A stretch of DNA of 64,000 nucleotides from positions 5,150-69,149 of the forward strand of contig DFFF01000013.1 in assembly GCA_002369235.1 (NCBI GenBank). The letters are read 5' to 3'. The notes beneath the pieces were generated by a model, which did no database searches, was not told the DNA's origin, and worked only from the letters and a program-made list of their open reading frames with translations. Shown one piece after another: positions 28,203-37,096 of this stretch. Numbering within the stretch: position 1 is the first letter of the stretch; each line of letters opens with the position of its first letter. The stretch comes from Verrucomicrobia bacterium UBA3783. Lineage in GTDB: Bacteria; Verrucomicrobiota; Kiritimatiellia; RFP12; UBA1067. Made by a program: the position numbers and the translations under genes.

Positions 28203-28744
28203 CGCCATACATTGCGTGGATGGCAATCTTGATGGCGGGGCTCCCGTATTGGGTTCGCACCGTATGCGGCGGCATTCTGCTCTTGCCGTGGATATGGGAG
28301 AAGGCAAGAGGCGGAAGAGAGAAGGGCGGCGGTTGCGGGGCGACCATCCTGCCATCGGCGGTTGCGGGGCTTGCGGTTTTCGCCGTCTGGATTTTTCCGG
28401 AAGTCTCGGGTTTAGTGTCCCCGGCTGCAAAGTCCGCTCCGCCGCATCCATGGATCCAACTCTTCGGGAGCGCTTTCGTGATTGCGGCCGCGGAGGAGCT
28501 TTTCTTCCGCGATTGGCTTTACTGGTGGCTGCTGAAAAACTGGTCCAAGGCGTCGGCATTCGCGCTTTGCGTCCTGCTTTTCGCGGTGGAGCACGACAAA
28601 TTCATTTGCGGCGCGATTGCGGGAATCGTTTATCTGCTGCTTTATTTGCGGCGCGGACTTGTCGCCGCCGTCATTGCGCACGCGACCACCAATTTGGCGC
28701 TTGGTATATATGTCATCTTGACAGGCAGTTGGTATTTTTGGTAA
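28181..28744 (+). CDS. CPBP-family intramembrane metalloprotease (second paralog)
   Basis: 'AEELFFRDW', 'FAVEHDKF', 'AHATTNLAL'. Start at 'MENFYKLAPY'; the ORF-track start is 28148. Confidence 0.55.
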   Translation: MENFYKLAPYIAWMAILMAGLPYWVRTVCGGILLLPWIWEKARGGREKGGGCGATILPSAVAGLAVFAVWIFPEVSGLVSPAAKSAPPHPWIQLFGSAFVIAAAEELFFRDWLYWWLLKNWSKASAFALCVLLFAVEHDKFICGAIAGIVYLLLYLRRGLVAAVIAHATTNLALGIYVILTGSWYFW

Positions 28745-28876
28745 ACTATACATATGGAATCGATTAATTACGAAATAGGCAAGCCGGTTTTCGGCAATTT
28801 TTCGTCAATAAAATTCGCCTACGACGCCTTCAAGGCCCAGCCGATCGATGAAGAGCGGCTCCTTCCGGAAGGCGCG

Positions 28877-29785
28877 ATGGGGGCATCGCGCCCTGCCAAG
28901 CGCCGCACGCTGGTGTCCGAAGCTCCAGTCGCCGGAGTCGGCACGTTTTTCGGCGGCAGAAAGCAGACTATCACCTTCGCCCCCGGCGAAAAGCCCGGGT
29001 GGTGGATACGCCGCATGGATCTGCCGGAACAGCTCGACACCCAGATGGACATCTCCAATCTCTGGACAAGTGCGCAGAATCTGGTGATGCGCTCTGGTTC
29101 TCCGCACAATTATTTGCGAATGGTCGAGCATATCGTCGCGCTCAAGCTCGGGCTGGATGTCGACAATGTGCTCCTCAAGGTGAATTCCGGCGATCCGCCT
29201 TTGTTCGACGCCTCTTCGCTTCCGCTCATCAAGGCCATGGAGCATGCGAAGATCGTGGAGACGGAGGATGACGCCACTTACGTGACTGTGAAAGAACCGG
29301 TCGCCTTCGGCGGCAAGCGCGGAGATTTCCTGCTGTTCCTTCCCGCCGAGGGAGGATCGAAGAATCTGCGCATCGATTGCGCGATCAGCTGGAATACGAT
29401 CATCGGGCGGCAGCGCGTGCGGTTTGACGTCACGCCGGAAACTTTCCGCTATGCGTCCGAGGCGCGCACCAACTGCACCTACCAGCAATATCTCGCGGCG
29501 ATGACGATCGGCAAACTCTTTGCCGCCACGCGCCATTGGGGATACAACAAGAAGAACATCCTCATCCACGGCAAAGACCGGTTCTACTCCGAGCCGCGCT
29601 TCCCCAAGGACGGTAAATTTCTGGAACCCGTGTGGCATCGCGCCACGCTCGACCTCATGGCGGCGCTTGCGCTTACCGGCGCCGACCGTTTTTGCGGCAC
29701 TGTGGTCAGCTATCGCGCCGGTCACACGCTTGATTGCGACGCCGTCCGCGCACTCTACAGGAACGATCTCCTATGCCGCGTCTGA
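28877..29785 (+). CDS. lpxC: UDP-3-O-acyl-N-acetylglucosamine deacetylase LpxC
   Basis: Collinear with E. coli LpxC ('RRTLVSEAPVAGVG', 'MVEHIVALKLGLDVDNVLLKV', 'YRAGHTLDC'). GGAAGG Shine-Dalgarno before ATG 28877. The ORF extends to 28754, which is an alternative start. Confidence 0.75.
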   Translation: MGASRPAKRRTLVSEAPVAGVGTFFGGRKQTITFAPGEKPGWWIRRMDLPEQLDTQMDISNLWTSAQNLVMRSGSPHNYLRMVEHIVALKLGLDVDNVLLKVNSGDPPLFDASSLPLIKAMEHAKIVETEDDATYVTVKEPVAFGGKRGDFLLFLPAEGGSKNLRIDCAISWNTIIGRQRVRFDVTPETFRYASEARTNCTYQQYLAAMTIGKLFAATRHWGYNKKNILIHGKDRFYSEPRFPKDGKFLEPVWHRATLDLMAALALTGADRFCGTVVSYRAGHTLDCDAVRALYRNDLLCRV

Positions 29786-30564
29786 AACTCGAAAAGCCGC
29801 TCGTCGTATTCGATATCGAGTCTACCGGAACATCGCCGCGCAGGGACCGGATAATCGAGCTTGCCGCCATTCGCGTCGCTCCGGACGGAACTGAAGAAAG
29901 CCGTTGCTGGCTGCTCAATCCCACCATTCACATCCCCGAGGAAACGACTGCAATCCACAAGATCGCCGACGAAGACGTGAAGGACTGCCCGACGTTCGCC
30001 GACAAGGCGGCGGAGATATTCGAGTTCTTCCGCGACGCCGCGCTCTCCGGATACAATGCCGACCGCTTCGACATCCCGATGCTCGAAGAGGAATTCGCGC
30101 GCGTCGGGATGAATTTCGGCGCCGCCGCAAGGCCGCATATCGACGTGCAGCGCATATACCACAAAAAAGAGCCTCGCGACCTTTCCGCCGCGCTCAAATA
30201 CTATTGCGGACGCGAGCACACCGGTGCGCATGGCGCAGAGGCCGACACCCGCGCTACGCTTGATATCCTCAAAGCCCAGCTCGAACGCTACGACGATCTC
30301 CCGGACTCCGTCGCCGCGCTCGACGAATATCTCGCGCCGCACGATCCGCTCAACGCCGACCGCAACGGGATGCTGCGCTGGAAGGACGGCGAGCTCACGA
30401 TAAACTTCGGCAAGAAGAAAGGCGAAAAGCTCAAAGACCTCATGTTCAACGAGCCTAAATACCTAAAATGGATAGTCGGCGGCGATTTCGATTCCGATGT
30501 GCGCATGATTGTCAAGGACGCGCTCGAAAACGGCCGGCTTCCGCCAAAACCCGCAGGAATATAG
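29773..30564 (+). CDS. DEDDh (DnaQ-like) 3'-5' exonuclease with C-terminal extension
   Basis: 'LVVFDIESTG' (Exo I), 'SGYNADRFDIPML' (Exo II), 'HGAEADTRAT' (Exo III). Confidence 0.7.
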   Translation: MPRLKLEKPLVVFDIESTGTSPRRDRIIELAAIRVAPDGTEESRCWLLNPTIHIPEETTAIHKIADEDVKDCPTFADKAAEIFEFFRDAALSGYNADRFDIPMLEEEFARVGMNFGAAARPHIDVQRIYHKKEPRDLSAALKYYCGREHTGAHGAEADTRATLDILKAQLERYDDLPDSVAALDEYLAPHDPLNADRNGMLRWKDGELTINFGKKKGEKLKDLMFNEPKYLKWIVGGDFDSDVRMIVKDALENGRLPPKPAGI

Positions 30565-30566
30565 AT

Positions 30567-32102
30567 ATGGCAGACTGTTCGTCCATCCGCAAATTCGCCA
30601 CGGCGGCTGATTACCGCAAGAACTTCATCGTCCAGAGCGAAATCGACAAATATCTCCCCGGCGGCAAACACTTCATCGACGAGGCGAAGATAAACGCGCT
30701 CATTTCGGAGATGGACGAAAAGGGTGCGCCCGATCCAGTGAAGGTAAGGGAGATAATCGCCAAATCGGAGGCGACGCGCGAAACTTTGACGCCGGAAGAA
30801 ACCGCGATTTTGATGCGGGTGTCCGACAAAAACCTCTTTGCGGAAATGGAAGCGGCCGCCGAGCGGATCAAAAAGACCGTCTACGACAACCGCATCGTCG
30901 TGTTTGCGCCCCTGTACATGTCGAATCTCTGCGTGAACGGATGCAAGTATTGCGGCTTTCGCGAGGGCAACAGCGAGCAGCGCCGCCGCGTGCTGACGAT
31001 GGACGAACTCAAGGAAGAGCTTGCGGTCGTCGCCGGGCGCATCGGCCACAAGCGGCTCATAGCCGTCTACGGCGAGCACCAGACCACTTCCACCGAGTAT
31101 ATCGCCGAGACTATCGAGACTTGCTACGCCAATCAGTTCGCCGCCCCGCGCAGCGGAAAGAAAGTGGGCATCCGGCGCGTCAACGTCAACGCCGCGCCGC
31201 TCCCGGTCGCTGATCTCAAAGTCTTGCGCTCGGTCGGAATCGGCACCTTTCAGGTGTTCCAGGAAACCTACAACCGCAAACTTTATGAAGAGATGCATCC
31301 GTCATGGTCGGTGAAGGGCAACTACGATTGGCGCACGACATGCTTCCATCGTTGCCTTGAGGCTGGCGTCGACGATGTGGGGCTCGGCGTTCTATATGGT
31401 CTTTGCGATTGGCGTTTTGAACTGCTCGCGACCATAATGCACGCCCGCGATCTGGAGCGCTGGTTCAACATCGGGCCGCATACGCTGTCCTTCCCGCGTC
31501 TGGAGCCGGCCTCCGGCACGCGCGTCCCCGAAGAGTCGCCATGGCTCATCGACGACGAGACTTTCCACCGCATCGTCGTCATCGCGCGTCTCGCGGTTCC
31601 CTATACCGGCATCATCATCACGGCGCGCGAGAGCGCCAAGAGCCGCAACGGCATCCTTGGCTGCGGCATGACCCAGCTCGATTGTTCCAGCAATATCGCC
31701 ATCAAGGGCTACAGCGATTTCGCCGACGAGGCGCATCAGGAAAAGGAGCGCCAGCAGTTCATGCTTGGCGACAACCGTTCGTTGGACGAGATGGTGCGCT
31801 ATCTCGCCTCGCGGGACATGATCACCAGCTTCTGCACCGCGGGCTATCGCTGCGGCCGCACCGGCGGTTGCATCATGGACGCGCTCAAGACCGGTCGCGA
31901 AGGCAAGTTCTGCAAAATCAACGCGGTGCTTACCTTCCGTGAATGGCTCGACGACTTTGCGTCCGACGAAACCCGCGCAATCGGCGACCGGCTCATCGAC
32001 AAGGAACTCGCAGGCATCAAAGAGTGGCTGCCCAAGTTCTATCCCTCGGTAATGAAGCAATATGAAGCCACGTGCCGCGGCGAACGCGACATCTTCTTTT
32101 GA
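30567..32102 (+). CDS. HydG-like radical SAM tyrosine-lyase family protein (ThiH/HydG clade) with non-canonical C-terminal Cys motif
   Basis: 120-aa N-terminal region then 'FAPLYMSNLCVNGCKYCGF'. Long C-terminal domain ends 'GERDIFF'. C-terminal Cys spacing is C-x5-C-x5-C-x13-C where HydG has CxxC-x22-C. Confidence 0.55.
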   Translation: MADCSSIRKFATAADYRKNFIVQSEIDKYLPGGKHFIDEAKINALISEMDEKGAPDPVKVREIIAKSEATRETLTPEETAILMRVSDKNLFAEMEAAAERIKKTVYDNRIVVFAPLYMSNLCVNGCKYCGFREGNSEQRRRVLTMDELKEELAVVAGRIGHKRLIAVYGEHQTTSTEYIAETIETCYANQFAAPRSGKKVGIRRVNVNAAPLPVADLKVLRSVGIGTFQVFQETYNRKLYEEMHPSWSVKGNYDWRTTCFHRCLEAGVDDVGLGVLYGLCDWRFELLATIMHARDLERWFNIGPHTLSFPRLEPASGTRVPEESPWLIDDETFHRIVVIARLAVPYTGIIITARESAKSRNGILGCGMTQLDCSSNIAIKGYSDFADEAHQEKERQQFMLGDNRSLDEMVRYLASRDMITSFCTAGYRCGRTGGCIMDALKTGREGKFCKINAVLTFREWLDDFASDETRAIGDRLIDKELAGIKEWLPKFYPSVMKQYEATCRGERDIFF

Positions 32103-32112
32103 TCAGTGCATT

Positions 32113-33069
32113 ATGGTCTCGGTAATCATTCCTACCCACAATCGTGCGGAAATGGTCGTGAAGTGCGTCCAAAGCGTACTTGCGAGCGAAGGCGTGGAGC
32201 TCGAGGTCGTCGTGGCGGATGATTGCTCCACGGATGATACGAGAGCGCGGATCGAGCGGATTTTCGGCGGCGAAGCGCGGGTAAAGTATGTGCGCACTGA
32301 ACGGAGCGGGCTTTCGGCGGCCGCCAGGAATTGCGGTGCACGCGCCGCATCGGGAGAGTATTTCTTTTTCCTTGACGACGACAATGAACTCATGCCCGAT
32401 GCGATAAAGGAGCTGCTGGAATGCTTCAGGCGCAATCCTCGCGTGCGGCTGGTCGCGCCGCTCGCCGTCCAGTGGCATGAAGACGGCAGGCGGACCGTGT
32501 GGACCTTGGGATCTCAGTTCAATCCCTGGACTTCCCGGTCCCGCGAGTATTTCGCACCGTCGACGCCGCTTGACGAAATGCCGCCGGCGCCGGTTGGGAA
32601 AAGCGATTTCCCCACTACCTGCAGTCCCAACGCGTTCATGGTGAGGCGCGAGACATTTTTGGAGGTTGATGGATTCGACGAGGGATACGGGATGCAGTTT
32701 GACGAGACGGATTTCGGGCTTAGGGTGACAGCGAACAACCCGAATCTGGGCATGATTTGCGCCAAGGCCATTACGCGCCATTATGGCTATATAGGCCATG
32801 GCGAGGTCGTCGCATTGCGGGCGTTGGGAATAGAGAATGTGCGGCGGGCGTATGTCTTCGGTCGCAACCGGGTCAAGTTTGCGCGGCGGCACTTTGCATG
32901 GTATCAGGCGCTGTCGGTGACGCTGGTGTTCGCGCCCTTGTTGGCTCTCTGGTACTGCACGGTCGCTCTGACAAACGGCCGCCCCGATATCGCCTGGGCG
33001 TATCTCAAGGGGACGCTGGCGGGGATCCTGGGGCTTTACGGCACGAAACTTTATGGTGGCGGCAGATAA
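32113..33069 (+). CDS. family 2 glycosyltransferase
   Basis: 'MVSVIIPTHNRAEMVVKCVQSVL', 'ADDCSTDDT', 'FLDDDN' (DxD). Confidence 0.7.
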   Translation: MVSVIIPTHNRAEMVVKCVQSVLASEGVELEVVVADDCSTDDTRARIERIFGGEARVKYVRTERSGLSAAARNCGARAASGEYFFFLDDDNELMPDAIKELLECFRRNPRVRLVAPLAVQWHEDGRRTVWTLGSQFNPWTSRSREYFAPSTPLDEMPPAPVGKSDFPTTCSPNAFMVRRETFLEVDGFDEGYGMQFDETDFGLRVTANNPNLGMICAKAITRHYGYIGHGEVVALRALGIENVRRAYVFGRNRVKFARRHFAWYQALSVTLVFAPLLALWYCTVALTNGRPDIAWAYLKGTLAGILGLYGTKLYGGGR

Positions 33070-34300
33070 CCAAGGCGCTGCGACCGGCCATTTCCGCAGA
33101 ATGGAGGGCTGGAATTATGAAAAAGGCGCTTCGTTTTTCATAACGATAGCAACAGCGCCGCGCCGTGCGCTTTTTGGGCGTATGGCCGGCGGCAAAATGA
33201 TGCTTTCCCCGCTTGGAATTGAGGTTGCGGCATCGCTTGAACGCATGTCAGGCTTGTCGCCGGCGATCAGCCTTTTTGGCCATGTTGTGATGCCGGACCA
33301 TATTCACTTCAATTGTCATCTTGCCGCCGGACTGGAGGCGCCGCTTAAAACGCTTGGCGCCGCCATCAGGAGTTTCAAGAACCATACTACAAAGGTGTAT
33401 AAGGCTATGCTCGCGAACTCGGTTCGCGAGCCTGCACTGCACTTCCCATCTCCCGCCAGTGCAGGTGTGCGCGATTCCTCTCCCGCCAGTGCAGGCGCGC
33501 GCGATTGCCATTCCGCCAGTGCAGGTGCGCTCGATTCCCCTCCCGCCAGTGCAGGTGCGCTTGATTCCCCTCCCGCCAGTGCAGGTGTGCGCGATTCCTC
33601 TCCCGCCAGTGCAGGTGCGCTCGATTCCTCTCCCGCCAGTGTAGGTGCGCGAACCATGTTCGCGCACACCCTATGGCAGCGCGGCTACCACGACCATCTT
33701 TGTCTTTCGCGCCGCTTCATAGATGCCACAGAACGCTATATCGCTTACAACCCGCTAAAGTGGCAGCTTATGCACGGTCCTGGCGCCGTGCGCGTAGTGG
33801 AACCGGTTTTTTCTCCGCGCCTCGACCCTGGCGATTATTGGAAAGCGGCAGGCAACCTCGCACTTATCGCGCTGGAGATTCCGCTGGTTTCGCTGCGCGT
33901 TTCGCGCGAGGTTGCCGATTTCGCTCCGGTTCTGGCGCGGATGCGCACCGCCGCCGAGCGCGGCTACGCAATCGCGAGCGGCTTTATTTCCAAAGGAGAA
34001 CAGGCAGTGCGCGATATGCTCTGCCATCTGCCGCAAGGCCGTCTTGTGCGTGTCAGGCCGTCGGCAATCCCCAATGCGCGCTTCCGGCCTGAAAGTATTT
34101 ATGTTCGCGCCATGTCCGAGGGACGGTATCTCGAGCTCGGGAAAGGCAATGAAGACTTTGATTTCTCGCGTTCGGCGTGTTTGGACGTAAACCGCGAGAT
34201 TATCGGCATGGCGGCGGCGGGGCGCGGTCTCTCGCTGTATTTCAGAAAAGACGGACTCTACAAACTCTCTGGCGGCGGACAATGGCGAAAAACAAGGTAG
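33053..34300 (+). CDS. RAYT-like HUH tyrosine transposase (IS200/Y1 superfamily) with internal repeat insertion and ~165-aa C-terminal extension
   Basis: HUH 'GHVVMPDHIHF'. Y-motif block 'LWQRGYHDHLCLSRRFIDATERYIAYNPLKWQLMHG' matches the REP-associated tyrosine transposase signature. An alternative start at 33101 would avoid overlap with the GT2 gene. Confidence 0.6.
   Translation: MVAADNQGAATGHFRRMEGWNYEKGASFFITIATAPRRALFGRMAGGKMMLSPLGIEVAASLERMSGLSPAISLFGHVVMPDHIHFNCHLAAGLEAPLKTLGAAIRSFKNHTTKVYKAMLANSVREPALHFPSPASAGVRDSSPASAGARDCHSASAGALDSPPASAGALDSPPASAGVRDSSPASAGALDSSPASVGARTMFAHTLWQRGYHDHLCLSRRFIDATERYIAYNPLKWQLMHGPGAVRVVEPVFSPRLDPGDYWKAAGNLALIALEIPLVSLRVSREVADFAPVLARMRTAAERGYAIASGFISKGEQAVRDMLCHLPQGRLVRVRPSAIPNARFRPESIYVRAMSEGRYLELGKGNEDFDFSRSACLDVNREIIGMAAAGRGLSLYFRKDGLYKLSGGGQWRKTR
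33451..33652 (+). repeat. in-frame 30-bp tandem repeat (6 full + 1 partial unit) inside the RAYT-like CDS
   Basis: 'tcccgccagtgcaggtgcgcKcgattcctc' repeats encode 'PASAG(A/V)RDS(S/P)' decapeptides. Units differ by 1-4 nt. Confidence 0.9.
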
Positions 34301-35886
34301 AGGATTTACAGAGCAAGAAGGTCTGTGCAGACTCGCGAACCCTGTTTGCGGGCGCCGGCGGGCAAATGACGCCGCAATCTGCGCCGATCCGCGAGTTCCA
34401 GCGCCGCAAGCTTGCACAACTGCGCACGGCCAGTTTCGCTCCGTCGCCTTATGAAGGCAAAGTGACTTTGCTTATCTACACCTTTCCTCAAAATCCCGAC
34501 GGCGCGGACTTCGATTGGATAGAGTTTTCGATTTTGCAGAGCTGGTCGGTTTTGGGCAAACTCAAGACGGTCATCGTGGCGAACTCCCGTTTTGCCAAAT
34601 TGGACGCATTTGCCGCCGTTCATCCGGAAGTGGAAATCCAGCTTGCGCCGAACCTGAAGCCCGGCGACTTGGATTCGATGAGCCGGGATATGCTCGCGAA
34701 CTTGTGGCGGCGGTTTTCCACCCCGGAGGTGCTCGTGATCCAGGACGACGGATTTCCGCTCGGCGGCAATCTCGGCGATTTTCTCGGCAAATTCGATTTC
34801 ATCGGTGCGCCGATTTATGCGCCCGGTCTGCGCCGCAAGCTCTTTTATGCCGTCCATCTCCCCTGCTTCAACGGCGGCTTTTCGCTGCGCTCGCGGCGTT
34901 TTTGCCGCTATGTATCGCGTTTCTGGTGCCTCTTCGCCAGATTTTTCATCCGCCCGGGGTCTTTCCTTTCCGGCGAAGATGTCGTATTCTGCTTCCTCTC
35001 CAGATTGAATCCATACGCCTACTTCAAATTCAAGATGCCCGGAGAGCGTGATGCATTGCGTTTTTCCGTCGATACCCTCGGCGGCATTTTGCCTTTGCCC
35101 GGGAAGCGTCCGTTCGGCTTTCACGGCAAAGCGACTTTCGACGCGCTCGAAAAACGGAAAACCGGCAGGCTTGACGAGGTGACGGTTCTCGCGTATCACT
35201 TCTGGGATGAGGCGCGATATGAAAGCGAGTTTGCCCGTCTGGCGCATTCTTTCGAGGAGACTTGGCGATTTTGCGGGGAACTGGAAAGCGTCATTGTGGC
35301 CAACAAGGTGGAGAAGTGCCTTGAGGATTTTGCCGCCGCGCACCGCAATCTGAAAATTCAAGTCGAGCCTTCGCTCGTTCCAGGCAGGATTTTCACGATG
35401 AGCGCCGATATGAACGGCAAGTTGTACACGCGTTTCAATACGCCTTATGTCCTGATAATTCAGAACGACGGCTATCCGCTGCGCTCCGGACTTGAGGAGT
35501 TTGTCGGCAAATGGGATTTCATCGGTGCGCCGTATATTGGACTTCAGTGGTGGAAGCGGCTTGTCGCCGGACTTGCGAACTACCATGTGCAAAACGGCGG
35601 CTTTTCGCTTCGTTCCCGCGAAATCTGCGAGGCCGCCGCCAAGCTCTGGAACGAAAAATACCGCAAACTCGGTGATTGCACTGCGGCATCGGAGGATATT
35701 TTCTACACTTCTACGCTTGTGAGGAGAGAGCCCGCATACCGGCGCAAATTCCGCTTTGCGACAAGTCGCGAGTCGCTGGAATTCTCATGGGATGCCAGCG
35801 TTCCGGTTCCCATGCCGTCAAAACTCCCGTTCGGCTTTCATTGCGACAAGTCGCTCGCGGCGCTGAATCTTCGCCATGCTGTTTAA
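34282..35886 (+). CDS. internally duplicated putative glycosyltransferase-like protein (two ~230-aa homologous halves)
   Basis: Both halves share 'VIVAN..', 'VLVIQDDGFPL / VLIIQNDGYPL', 'KFDFIGAPIYAP / KWDFIGAPYIG', 'NGGFSLRSR', 'LPFGFH'. Start uncertain (ORF from 34177; ATG 34282 used). Confidence 0.45.
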   Translation: MAKNKVEDLQSKKVCADSRTLFAGAGGQMTPQSAPIREFQRRKLAQLRTASFAPSPYEGKVTLLIYTFPQNPDGADFDWIEFSILQSWSVLGKLKTVIVANSRFAKLDAFAAVHPEVEIQLAPNLKPGDLDSMSRDMLANLWRRFSTPEVLVIQDDGFPLGGNLGDFLGKFDFIGAPIYAPGLRRKLFYAVHLPCFNGGFSLRSRRFCRYVSRFWCLFARFFIRPGSFLSGEDVVFCFLSRLNPYAYFKFKMPGERDALRFSVDTLGGILPLPGKRPFGFHGKATFDALEKRKTGRLDEVTVLAYHFWDEARYESEFARLAHSFEETWRFCGELESVIVANKVEKCLEDFAAAHRNLKIQVEPSLVPGRIFTMSADMNGKLYTRFNTPYVLIIQNDGYPLRSGLEEFVGKWDFIGAPYIGLQWWKRLVAGLANYHVQNGGFSLRSREICEAAAKLWNEKYRKLGDCTAASEDIFYTSTLVRREPAYRRKFRFATSRESLEFSWDASVPVPMPSKLPFGFHCDKSLAALNLRHAV

Positions 35887-37096
35887 ACTTGCGGATATTG
35901 CGTGTTTCCTGCTGGCCGACACTATTGCCTGGCTGATGACCCCGTTTGCGCGGATTTATCAATATTTCGCGGCCAAGTCCAACCCCGAAAAGCGCAAAAC
36001 GGTATTTATCGTCGCTAACGACCTCCTTGGCGATGCCTTGGTGAGACTGCCTTTTTACATTCACTTGCGCACAATGTATCCGCGCGACCAATACCGCATT
36101 GTCTGCGCCTTGACCGAACCGATCGCCGCGCTTTTCGCACATGGCGACCTGTTCGATGAAATCGTCATCGATAAAAACCTCCATGACAACCATCCCCTGT
36201 TTTGGCTTTTTGGCAGAAGAGGCATTGTCTGCCCGGTGCTTAGATGGGCGTTTGCCAACAAGATCGACGTCTTTATTTCCATGCTGCGCATCAGATCTCT
36301 CGGCTGCGATTTCGTCTGCCGGTTTTCAAGGCCGGAAGTGCGCCTTGCATATTCATACAAGGAAATGACGCGCCTGTTCCCGGTCGTAGCGAAGGCCCAG
36401 AAGCTTCTTTACGACAAAGGCTATTCGCATCTTCTCGAATCTACCATGGGCGTGCACCAGTTCGACGATTTTGCCAAGGTCGAATCTTTCCTGTCCGGAA
36501 AGGCGCTCGCCCGGCCTGTCGCCTGCCCGGAGGCGTGCCGGCAAGCGTTGCGGTTGCCGGACTGCGGCACCGAAACTGGATTTGAAGATTTCGCGGTTCT
36601 CGTGCCCGGCGCCGGCACTCGTTTTCGCCAATGGCCGACGCGCCGCTTTGCGGAGTTGGCGGACAGGCTTGGCGGCAATTTTGTCATCGTCGGGTCCACG
36701 ACTGAGAAAACCTTGGGCGACGAGATCGTCTCCTGTTCCAAGTCTGGTGCAAGATTCGTGAATCTGTGCGGCAAAACATCGTTGGAACAACTTGGGGCCA
36801 TATTGGCGAAAGCATCTCTTGTCGTGACGAACGAAACCGGAACGGCGACGTATGCGGCGGTGATCGGCGCGCCGACTCTCTGCATCCTCGGCGGCGGCGA
36901 TTTCGGCGCATTCTTCCCCAATCCATATTGCAGGAATACGCGCTCGGTCTATCACGAGCAGCCATGCTTTTGCTGCCGGTGGCATTGCACCAAAGGATTG
37001 GCGCAGGATACCGTGGCGCCGTGCATAGATCCGGTTTCGGTTGATGATGTCTATGCGGCGGCAGTCGATTTGCTCAAGAAGGACAGTTGCAGATGA
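35876..37096 (+). CDS. GT9-family ADP-heptose:LPS heptosyltransferase
   Basis: 'VANDLLGDALVRLPFY', 'LVPGAGTRFRQWPTRRFAELADRL', 'LCGKTSLEQLGAILAKASLVVTNETG'. Confidence 0.75.
   Translation: MLFKLADIACFLLADTIAWLMTPFARIYQYFAAKSNPEKRKTVFIVANDLLGDALVRLPFYIHLRTMYPRDQYRIVCALTEPIAALFAHGDLFDEIVIDKNLHDNHPLFWLFGRRGIVCPVLRWAFANKIDVFISMLRIRSLGCDFVCRFSRPEVRLAYSYKEMTRLFPVVAKAQKLLYDKGYSHLLESTMGVHQFDDFAKVESFLSGKALARPVACPEACRQALRLPDCGTETGFEDFAVLVPGAGTRFRQWPTRRFAELADRLGGNFVIVGSTTEKTLGDEIVSCSKSGARFVNLCGKTSLEQLGAILAKASLVVTNETGTATYAAVIGAPTLCILGGGDFGAFFPNPYCRNTRSVYHEQPCFCCRWHCTKGLAQDTVAPCIDPVSVDDVYAAAVDLLKKDSCR

Noticed and set aside
28754-28876. 41-codon N-terminal extension of lpxC
   Set aside because: It lacks an RBS and adds residues not matching LpxC N-termini. 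ATG 28877 has a GGAAGG Shine-Dalgarno and aligns to the E. coli N-terminus. It is kept only as a possible alternative start.
33451-33652. CRISPR array (this repeat and the array at 46406..46575)
   Set aside because: Units are directly contiguous with no unique spacers. The 30-bp array is in-frame coding sequence, and the 21-bp array is far shorter than CRISPR repeat-plus-spacer periodicity. No cas genes are present.
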